The translations under genes were made by a program, and so were the position numbers. Below are positions 9,695-17,759 of a DNA stretch of 64,000 nucleotides, piece by piece. Numbering within the stretch: position 1 is the first letter of the stretch; each line of letters begins with the position of its first letter. The DNA is from a virus (lineage: Duplodnaviria; Caudoviricetes), in the IMG/VR virus record IMGVR_UViG_3300044633_001982. One strand, written 5' to 3'. The notes under the pieces were generated by a model. The model did no database searches and was not told the origin of the DNA. It saw only the letters and a program-made list of their open reading frames with translations.

Positions 9695-12600
9695 ATGTCT
9701 ACATTCCCATATAAAAACCCAATAAGTTCAGAACAATTAAATGGAGTACAATCTGTTGAAAGGTCCGAAACATTTGGAACAAATTTTTCAGTACTTGGAG
9801 TTGGTGGGTACATGGAGGTATTTAATCTTACTGATTTAGTATATACAATACCATCTGCAACATTTGGACCAATTGAGTATAGTGGTAATACCATACCAAT
9901 ACAATTTACAAAGGGGACTGGTGCGGTATTTTCACCTGATGTACTAACACTTAATTCTGATAATATATCTTCGGGAAGAAAAAGGTTGGGTATGTTGGCT
10001 TACGTCTATGAAGACGACCAAGTGTACCAATTCAGAATTGATAATTACGAATCATTATGGTCTGCGGTAACTGCAACTACTGCAATTACATTTTATGATT
10101 TTGGAACCACAATTAATAATACGACTGTTGCAAGTCAAAACTTCATTAACGCTTGGACGGCATCGACTATTGAAGGTGTTGGAGGCGCAACACACGCTAC
10201 CGCTATTTGGAAAAAATACGGTTCAACTGGAAGTACCTCATCCGCAAGTACTTTATATATTACAGGTACAGGAATTAATTCCACAATAAGATGTGGGGTT
10301 AATAATACGGCTGCGGGTGATTTTGGAGGTGCTCTTGCGGGTTCAGGTAATACCGCTTCAGGTAATTATTCATTTGTTGGTGGAGGACAAGGTAACACCT
10401 CAAGTAATTATTTTTCAACAATCGGAGGAGGAGGTTTTCATACATCAAGTGGATTTTATTCAACCGTAGGTGGTGGACGTTGTAATACATCAAGTTCCTA
10501 TAACTCAACCGTAAGTGGGGGATATTGTAACACCTCAAGTAGTAAATACTCAACTGTTGGTGGTGGATATAAAAACAACTCAAGTAGTAAATACTCAACC
10601 GTAGGTGGTGGAGTTGGTAATACTGCAAGTGGTTACAACTCAACCGTAGGTGGTGGAGTTGGTAATACCGCAAGTAGTTATAACTCAACCGTAAGTGGGG
10701 GATATCAAAACACCTCAAGTAGTAAATACTCAACCGTAAGTGGGGGATATCAAAACACCGCAAGTGGTAATAACTCAACTGTAGGTGGAGGACAAGGTAA
10801 CACCGCAAGTTCTTATTACTCAACCGTAGGTGGAGGACAAGGTAACACCTCAAGTAGTGAATACTCAACTGTTGGTGGTGGTAAATGTAATATAGTTACT
10901 GGTAAAGGTGTGTGCTCCTCAATTTTAGGGGGTAACTATAATAGTGTTGAATCACAGGCTTCCTCAATTTTAGGAGGATTAGGTAATATTGTTAAATCTT
11001 ATGCTGGTAACATTAATGGTGGAGTCTCTAATATTATTGGTAAGGGTATAACGTATTCAAATCTATATTGTACGAATTCTGGTTATAATAGAGTATATCT
11101 TAGTGGGGATGTTACAGCGTTATACCCTAATGGTGACACTGTCCAATTTTTTAATAATTATGATGGTAATTTAATTAAAGGTGATATTACTAATTCATCA
11201 TATAGTGGGGGGTATACTTGTTTGGATTTATCAGTGAATACTGGGTCAAATGTATATAGTACTCCAATTATTAATCTTAATAACGTAGGTATCTATGGAT
11301 GTTTCAATACCATCAATGGAGGGTATGTAAATAGTATTAGTTCTCAATATTACGCAACAATTGGAGGGGGGCATACAAATTGCGCAACAGGAAATGGGTC
11401 GACAATAGGTGGAGGTGAAGATAATGAGTCAATTGGGCCGGTATCAACCATAGGTGGAGGAAATGGTAACACTACAAATGGAAATGGGTCGACAATAGGT
11501 GGAGGGAGTGTTAACACTGCAAATTGTTTTTGGTCGACAATAGGTGGAGGAAATAGTAACACTGCAACTTGCGATTATTCAATAGTAGGTGGTGGGTATA
11601 AAAATACCTCAAGTGGTTGTTACTCTTCTGTATTAGGAGGTTTAATAAATTGTGCTTCAGGTAACTCATCCATAATTGGGGGTGGTAAGTGTAATTGGGC
11701 TAATGGAGGGTGTGCGACCGTAAGTGGGGGGTATAAAAACTATTCAAACGGACCTTCTTCATTTATTGGAGGGGGACAATTAAATACCGGAACATCTGTT
11801 AATAGTGTTATCGCAGGTGGACAAGTAAACTGTGTCACAGGTAGCTCAGGAACTATTGGTGGTGGTTATAAAAATATTTCGTATGGTGACTTTAGTACTA
11901 TTAGTGGTGGTTATTTTAACTGTGCGGTAGGAGGATGTTCATCAATTTTAGGTGGTTATAAAAACAATTCTTGTGGAACTCATAGTGCGGTTGTTGGAGG
12001 TACTGGTAATAATGCTGTTGGAACTTGTTCATTTATTGGAGGAGGAAGTTCAAACTCAGCAACAGGACTAACCTCAACAATTGGTGGGGGTATTAATAAC
12101 TGTGCTTATGGAGCTTGTTCATCTGTTCTTGGCGGAAAATGTAATACTTCATCAGGAATATATTCAACCATATCAGGAGGGTATAGAAACTTTTCTTGTG
12201 GTTCTTATAGCTCAGTAGTTGGTGGTAGATTTAATACCTCGTCAGGAATTTACTCAACCATATCAGGGGGATACCGAAATATTGTATCAGGTTGTACTTC
12301 GTTTATTGGTGGTGGTACTTTAAACTGTTCTTGTGGAAATCAGTCATCAATACTTAACGGACAGTCAAATATTATCACTCCTTCATTTGCGAATGTTACA
12401 ATATTAAATGGTTCCTCAAATACGGGTAATACAAGTAATAGTGTAATTTTAGCGGGATGTTCAAACATTCTATCAGGAGCAAGTTCAAAATTTGCGTATA
12501 CAATTATTGGTAATGGATGTTTAAATAGGGTTTTAGGTGATACATCAAATATTTTAAACGGATTTAATAATTTAGTAAGTTCCCTTGGAACGTTTACAAC

Positions 12601-15600
12601 AATCCTAAATGGATGTTGTAATTCCGCATGTTCTATTTCATCAACTATTAGTGGAGGGTATAAAAACACAACAAGTGGGTCATATAGTTTTATAGGGGGT
12701 GGTAGGAACAATACCACTAGTAATATCTATGGTTCAATTATTAATGGTACCGGAAATACCTCATCGTCTGTTTCATCATTAATTGGTAACGGTATTGGTA
12801 ATACTGTCTCATCAAGATATGGTAGTGTAATTAATGGTATATGTAATTTATCACAAGGAGCTTCTTTTAACACCATCACTAATGGATGTTTGAATAACAT
12901 ATGTGGTAAAACCTCTTGTTTTTCAAGTATTATTAATGGTAGTGGTAATACAATTAATACGTCAACATACTCATTTATAGGTAATGGTAGTGGTAATACA
13001 TTATCAGCAAACACAACAGGGTCATTCATTTCTAATGGTTATAACAATATTGTTTCGGGGTGTAGCTCTTATATAGGTAATGGTAACTCTAATACTATAA
13101 GTGGTAATTATTCCGCAATTATTAATGCCGGTAAAGGATTTACCTATGGGGGAAGTATTATATGTGGTTCACACTCAACAATAATAAGTAATAATGGAAA
13201 CGTTGGTAAATGTGGGGGATGGATTTGTGGGGACTCAAATTTAATCGGTAATTCAACATCATCTTGTATTTGGCGTAATACTTTTTCATTACAAATGAAC
13301 ACCAATTGCTCTCAAATTATTGATGGTAATGATAAAGGATGTTCTTATAATCAAATTATTGGAGGTACTAATAGTTTTGTTTGTGGTAGTTACGCGACCA
13401 CTGTTATTAATGGATTTGGACATCAGATTAATAATGTGACTTACGGTTTTGTTGGTAATGGTAGTCATGTTATGGGAGGTCATAATAATGTTACAACGTC
13501 GGGTTATACATCAATAATAAATGGAAATAGTAATATTATTTGTTTTTCATCTCATTCGTTTATTGGTGGAGGGACATCAAACAGAATATGTGGGGCAGCT
13601 AAAAATTTGACAGGTGTTTGGTCATTTATTGGTAGTGGTTTTGGTAACGGAACTTGTGGAGGTACACCTGATTGGAACAATTTAGTATTTTCACCATCAG
13701 GTGCTGTAACTCAATCATCAGGAACTTTTTCATTTATTGGAAATGGATTTCAAAATAATACGACAGGAAGCGGGTCAACGGTTGTTAACGGTTATTGTAA
13801 TTATAACAATGCTGATTGGTCATTTGTGGGTAATGGTAGTGGTAATACATTAAATGCGTGTTACTCAACTGTTGTTAATGGAATTGGTAACTGTATTTGT
13901 AATTTAGCATATTACGGCTCAATACTTGTTGGAAGTGGTAATACTAATAGTGGTTGTTATTCTACTATTGTAAGTGGTAATAGAAATAATATAGTTTCAA
14001 GACCATCTTCATTTATTGGTGGTGGGTGTTGTAATATTATAAGTGCTAACGTTTCTACATTTTTAATTACTGTTGTTGGAGGATGTTGTAATATTGGTTC
14101 AGGAGGTAATTCATTTATAGGTGCTGGAAGTTGTAACTCTAATAGTGGTGGGACATCATTTATTGGTGCGGGAGCTTGTAACACAGTATCATCAAGCTAT
14201 TCTTCAATTGTTGGTGGAAGAGGGAATACTATTAATACTGGTTCTTATTCATCTATTTTAGGTGGGATTTCAAATACTGTTTCTGGAGGTTATAGTGCGG
14301 TTTTAGGAGGATGTGGTAACACCTCAAGTAGTAAATATTCAACTATTGGCGGGGGATGTTTGAATACTAATTCAAGTGTTGCAGGATTTATAGGTGGTGG
14401 TCTTAGAAACTCAGGACTTACAGGTAATTATGTTACTGTAGTTGGAGGTGAATTAAATTGTACAATAGGTGCTTGGTCATTTATTGGTGGAGGACAATGT
14501 AATAGAAGTTGTTGTTCTTATTCTTTTATTGGTGGAGGACAATGTAATGTTATTTCAGGACAAAGTACGACAATTGGTGGAGGGTTTAAAAATTCTGCGT
14601 GTTGTGACTTTGCGTTTTTAGGAGGGGGGTATCAAGGGATATCAAATGGGTGTTATTCAGTATTAGGAGGAGGTTTAAATAATATTTCTTGTTTATTCTC
14701 AACATCTGTTTTAGGAGGTGCTAATAATTCTGGTCATACTTCATACTCATTTATTGGTGGTGGTATTTGTAATGCGGTTACTTCAGGTAGTGATTGTTCA
14801 GTAATTAATGGTGGATTCTGTAATAGGATATCTAATTTAAATTCATTTGTTGGTGGAGGAGGGTGTAATTCGGTTACAGGTCAATTTAGTGGTATTGTTG
14901 GAGGTAGTGGAAATACTGTGTCGTCTAATTTTTCATTCGCTGCTGGATGTGGATTAACCGCTTCTGTGGCATGTACATTCTATTCTAATAATTTTTGTGG
15001 AACCACTTCAGTTAACTCTCCAAGTTTTAGCGGTTCTGTTGGTACTATTTCAGGAACAAAAGGAAGTATAACTATAAGCGGTAGTTCCGTAGGAGCGTTA
15101 ACCACATTTTGTGGAAGTGGAACAGTCGGAGGCGCTAGTTACATAGATTTTATTAGAGTTACCAATAACTCAGGAGGTGCAACAAACCCAAATAAAACTT
15201 TTAGAGTGAATGGTACAGGAGGACTTGAAGTCGTTAACAGCACTTATGGTACAATTATACTCTCACTTACGGATGCCGGAGTATTAAGTACACCAGGAGG
15301 TGGAACATCCGATTTAAGAAGAAAAATAAATGTTCAGTATATTAATGATGAAATCACACCACATATTTTAAATCTAAAACCTGTTAAATTTGAATATAAA
15401 GATTATAGTGGTACAACAAGACACGGTTTTGTAGCACAAGATGTACTTATTGCATACCCTGAATTAGTGCTTGGCGATGGTGAAAAAGAAGACGGAACAT
15501 ACGGACTAGATTATGATGGTATTTTATCTCTAACAGTTAAATCATTACAAGAAACAATATTAAGAGTTGAAAAACTTGAAAAAGAAATTGAATTACTTAA

Positions 15601-15619
15601 AAATTCATCTTCACAATAA
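9695..15619 (+). CDS. Giant tail fibre/spike with Gly/Ser/Asn/Cys beta-solenoid repeats and C-terminal Peptidase S74 intramolecular chaperone
   Basis: 1974 aa; ~15-aa repeats GGGxxNxxSxxYSTV. C-terminal SDLRRKINV...LKPVKFEYK...GFVAQD...DY plus coiled coil is the S74 signature (Ser codon at 15308). Confidence 0.85.
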   Translation: MSTFPYKNPISSEQLNGVQSVERSETFGTNFSVLGVGGYMEVFNLTDLVYTIPSATFGPIEYSGNTIPIQFTKGTGAVFSPDVLTLNSDNISSGRKRLGMLAYVYEDDQVYQFRIDNYESLWSAVTATTAITFYDFGTTINNTTVASQNFINAWTASTIEGVGGATHATAIWKKYGSTGSTSSASTLYITGTGINSTIRCGVNNTAAGDFGGALAGSGNTASGNYSFVGGGQGNTSSNYFSTIGGGGFHTSSGFYSTVGGGRCNTSSSYNSTVSGGYCNTSSSKYSTVGGGYKNNSSSKYSTVGGGVGNTASGYNSTVGGGVGNTASSYNSTVSGGYQNTSSSKYSTVSGGYQNTASGNNSTVGGGQGNTASSYYSTVGGGQGNTSSSEYSTVGGGKCNIVTGKGVCSSILGGNYNSVESQASSILGGLGNIVKSYAGNINGGVSNIIGKGITYSNLYCTNSGYNRVYLSGDVTALYPNGDTVQFFNNYDGNLIKGDITNSSYSGGYTCLDLSVNTGSNVYSTPIINLNNVGIYGCFNTINGGYVNSISSQYYATIGGGHTNCATGNGSTIGGGEDNESIGPVSTIGGGNGNTTNGNGSTIGGGSVNTANCFWSTIGGGNSNTATCDYSIVGGGYKNTSSGCYSSVLGGLINCASGNSSIIGGGKCNWANGGCATVSGGYKNYSNGPSSFIGGGQLNTGTSVNSVIAGGQVNCVTGSSGTIGGGYKNISYGDFSTISGGYFNCAVGGCSSILGGYKNNSCGTHSAVVGGTGNNAVGTCSFIGGGSSNSATGLTSTIGGGINNCAYGACSSVLGGKCNTSSGIYSTISGGYRNFSCGSYSSVVGGRFNTSSGIYSTISGGYRNIVSGCTSFIGGGTLNCSCGNQSSILNGQSNIITPSFANVTILNGSSNTGNTSNSVILAGCSNILSGASSKFAYTIIGNGCLNRVLGDTSNILNGFNNLVSSLGTFTTILNGCCNSACSISSTISGGYKNTTSGSYSFIGGGRNNTTSNIYGSIINGTGNTSSSVSSLIGNGIGNTVSSRYGSVINGICNLSQGASFNTITNGCLNNICGKTSCFSSIINGSGNTINTSTYSFIGNGSGNTLSANTTGSFISNGYNNIVSGCSSYIGNGNSNTISGNYSAIINAGKGFTYGGSIICGSHSTIISNNGNVGKCGGWICGDSNLIGNSTSSCIWRNTFSLQMNTNCSQIIDGNDKGCSYNQIIGGTNSFVCGSYATTVINGFGHQINNVTYGFVGNGSHVMGGHNNVTTSGYTSIINGNSNIICFSSHSFIGGGTSNRICGAAKNLTGVWSFIGSGFGNGTCGGTPDWNNLVFSPSGAVTQSSGTFSFIGNGFQNNTTGSGSTVVNGYCNYNNADWSFVGNGSGNTLNACYSTVVNGIGNCICNLAYYGSILVGSGNTNSGCYSTIVSGNRNNIVSRPSSFIGGGCCNIISANVSTFLITVVGGCCNIGSGGNSFIGAGSCNSNSGGTSFIGAGACNTVSSSYSSIVGGRGNTINTGSYSSILGGISNTVSGGYSAVLGGCGNTSSSKYSTIGGGCLNTNSSVAGFIGGGLRNSGLTGNYVTVVGGELNCTIGAWSFIGGGQCNRSCCSYSFIGGGQCNVISGQSTTIGGGFKNSACCDFAFLGGGYQGISNGCYSVLGGGLNNISCLFSTSVLGGANNSGHTSYSFIGGGICNAVTSGSDCSVINGGFCNRISNLNSFVGGGGCNSVTGQFSGIVGGSGNTVSSNFSFAAGCGLTASVACTFYSNNFCGTTSVNSPSFSGSVGTISGTKGSITISGSSVGALTTFCGSGTVGGASYIDFIRVTNNSGGATNPNKTFRVNGTGGLEVVNSTYGTIILSLTDAGVLSTPGGGTSDLRRKINVQYINDEITPHILNLKPVKFEYKDYSGTTRHGFVAQDVLIAYPELVLGDGEKEDGTYGLDYDGILSLTVKSLQETILRVEKLEKEIELLKNSSSQ
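10376..10880 (+). repeat. 45-bp (15-codon) near-identical tandem repeat array within the fibre gene
   Basis: For example caaggtaac recurs at 10793 and 10838; units share tcaaccgta(g/a)gtgg...aa(c/t)acc(t/g)caagt. Confidence 0.85.
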
Positions 15620-15638
15620 CTAATACATATTTTATATT
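15610..15638 (+). promoter_or_regulatory. Sigma70-like promoter TTCACA-N17-TATATT for the GT/SET/sulfotransferase cassette
   Basis: Exact 17-nt spacing; overlaps the fibre stop codon and lies 18 nt before the ATG at 15657. Confidence 0.5.
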
Positions 15639-15656
15639 TTAATCAAAGCTTTGATT

Positions 15657-16547
15657 ATGAATATAATTTTCCAAATTAATGGTGGTATAGGTAAATGTAT
15701 TTTGGCAACCGCAGTTACCGAAGTAATTAAAAAAAAATACCCAAATTCTAAACTTATTGTTGTCTCAGGATATCCTGATGTTTTCTTAAACAATCCACAT
15801 GTTGACCGAGCGTTTAATTTTGGTGAACATTCTTATTTTTATTCTGACTATATTGAAGATAAAGAATTCAAACTTTTGGCTCATGACCCATACCTTGAAA
15901 CTAACCATATTAATAAAACAGAACATTTAATTGAAACTTGGTGTAAACTATTTGATTTAGAATATAATGGTGAACAACCAAACATATATCTAACTGAGAG
16001 AGAGATTAATTTCTTTTCAAGAAAATACACAACTGATAAACCAATCATGGTTATTCAAACTAATGGAGGGGTTGAACAAAATTTGAAATACTCTTGGGCT
16101 CGTGACATTCCATTCCATATTGTTGAAAGTGTGATTGAAAAATTTAAATATGGTTACACTATTTTTCACCTGAAAAGAGAAGACCAACCATCTTTCGCTA
16201 ATACAATCCCTGTCACTGATACTTTTAGGTCAGTTGCAACTTTAATTGCGATAAGTAATAAAAGATTTTTTATGGATAGTTTTGGTCAACATGTTGCGGG
16301 AGCTCTAAAATTAGAATCCACAGTTTTGTGGATTGTTAACTCACCAAAAGTATTTGGATATGAAACAAATAAAAATATTGTTTCAAACCAATTCACAAAA
16401 AAACCAGAATTAAAAATGTCATATTTAAACAAGTTTAACATAATGGGAGAACCTTTGGAATTCCCATATAATGATGAGTTTGAAATGTTTGACATTGAGA
16501 ACATATTAAATTCTTTAAGTAACAATGAACATCCCGATACCAAATAA
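15657..16547 (+). CDS. GT9 (heptosyltransferase)-fold glycosyltransferase-like protein, copy A
   Basis: N-terminal GGIGK.....KYPNSKL.V...P.VF.NNP.VD and C-terminal DSFGQHVAGAL (GT9-like DS...H.A.A). ATG at 15657 preferred over TTG at 15651. Confidence 0.7.
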   Translation: MNIIFQINGGIGKCILATAVTEVIKKKYPNSKLIVVSGYPDVFLNNPHVDRAFNFGEHSYFYSDYIEDKEFKLLAHDPYLETNHINKTEHLIETWCKLFDLEYNGEQPNIYLTEREINFFSRKYTTDKPIMVIQTNGGVEQNLKYSWARDIPFHIVESVIEKFKYGYTIFHLKREDQPSFANTIPVTDTFRSVATLIAISNKRFFMDSFGQHVAGALKLESTVLWIVNSPKVFGYETNKNIVSNQFTKKPELKMSYLNKFNIMGEPLEFPYNDEFEMFDIENILNSLSNNEHPDTK

Positions 16548-16911
16548 AATTGAAGTGAAATCGTCCCCAATTCACGGATTTGGGGTTTTCGCGATTGAAA
16601 AAATATTAAAAGATGAAATAATTGAAACCTGTTATTCAATTTTTTTCAAAACAGATTTAGGGTCAAACGATGATATATTACTAAAATATCGTTTCTCATA
16701 TCCTTGTGGGGCATCTCCAATAAAGTACGCAATACCTCTTGGGTATGGGTGTATTTACAATCATAGTGATGATAATAATGCAACATGGACATGTGATTCA
16801 GATAATGGAATGTATTATTTTATTGCGGTTAAAGATATTGAGCCAGGTGAAGAAATTTGTACATCATATGGAAAAAAAGAATATTGGGAATCAGTAAAAA
16901 AAATATATTAA
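16525..16911 (+). CDS. SET-domain protein-lysine methyltransferase
   Basis: SPIHGFGVFA, YNHSDDNNA and DIEPGEEICTSYG are the SET motifs. Confidence 0.9.
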   Translation: MNIPIPNKIEVKSSPIHGFGVFAIEKILKDEIIETCYSIFFKTDLGSNDDILLKYRFSYPCGASPIKYAIPLGYGCIYNHSDDNNATWTCDSDNGMYYFIAVKDIEPGEEICTSYGKKEYWESVKKIY

Positions 16912-16913
16912 AA

Positions 16914-17738
16914 ATGGAAAGATTATTTTTTCAGAGTTCACTACCACGAGCAGGTAGTACTCTACTACAAAACATTTTAGCTCAAAACCCTGACATATAC
17001 GCAACACCAACAAGTGGTGTTTTAGAGTTAGTGTACGCGGCTAGAGCAAACTATAGTAATTCACCTGAATTCAAAGCTCAGGACCCTGAACTTATGAAAA
17101 ACGCATTTTTATCTTTTTGTAAAGAGGGGTTAACTGGTTTTTATGAAAGTATTACTGATAAAAAATATGTGGTTGATAAAAGTAGAGGATGGGGTGTCCA
17201 TTATGGATTTTTACAACAAATTGTTGATAAACCAAAAGTTGTTTGTATGGTGAGAGACCTTAGAGATATCTATACCTCTATGGAAAAAAACTTTAGAAAA
17301 AATCAGCACAAAGATTTTGGGATTGTAAATCATTCGGATTTGAAAGGAACATCAACACCTAAAAGAATAGACATATGGGCAAACTCACAACCTGTTGGTA
17401 TGGCGATTGAAAGACTACAAGAAATTTTCAGACAAGGTATTAATGAAAATATGATGTTTGTTAAGTATGAGGATTTATGTTTGTATCCCGATTTAATCAT
17501 GAGAAAAATTTATGAATATTTTGAAATACCTTATTTTGAACATGATTTTGAAAACATTGAACAAATAACAAAAGAAGATGATGAAGTGTATGGTATTTTT
17601 GGGGACCATAAGATAAAAAAGACTTTAGAGTTATTACCATCGGATGCTCAAAAAATTTTAGGTTCAGATATTTGTGATTGGATTTATAATAATTATGGGT
17701 GGTATAACGAGATTTTTAAGTACCCTAAAAATATGTAG
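16914..17738 (+). CDS. PAPS-dependent sulfotransferase (Sulfotransfer_3-like), copy A
   Basis: 5'-PSB loop SLPRAGSTLL and 3'-PB motif VRDLRDIYTS; ATG at 16914 is the likely start. Confidence 0.88.
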   Translation: MERLFFQSSLPRAGSTLLQNILAQNPDIYATPTSGVLELVYAARANYSNSPEFKAQDPELMKNAFLSFCKEGLTGFYESITDKKYVVDKSRGWGVHYGFLQQIVDKPKVVCMVRDLRDIYTSMEKNFRKNQHKDFGIVNHSDLKGTSTPKRIDIWANSQPVGMAIERLQEIFRQGINENMMFVKYEDLCLYPDLIMRKIYEYFEIPYFEHDFENIEQITKEDDEVYGIFGDHKIKKTLELLPSDAQKILGSDICDWIYNNYGWYNEIFKYPKNM

Positions 17739-17746
17739 TTTATTGG

Positions 17747-17754
17747 TATTTATA
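17747..17754 (+). promoter_or_regulatory. Putative late promoter motif TATTTATA
   Basis: 5 nt before the ATG at 17760. Confidence 0.5.
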
Positions 17755-17759
17755 TTTGA

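Noticed and set aside
10376-10880. CRISPR array or DGR template/variable repeat
   Set aside because: The units are contiguous in-frame coding repeats without spacers. Differences are not adenine-specific, and no reverse transcriptase or cas gene is in the window.
9695-15619. Ice-nucleation protein
   Set aside because: The period is ~15 aa with GGG..N motifs rather than the 16-aa AGYGSTxTA repeat, and the S74 chaperone marks it as a phage fibre.
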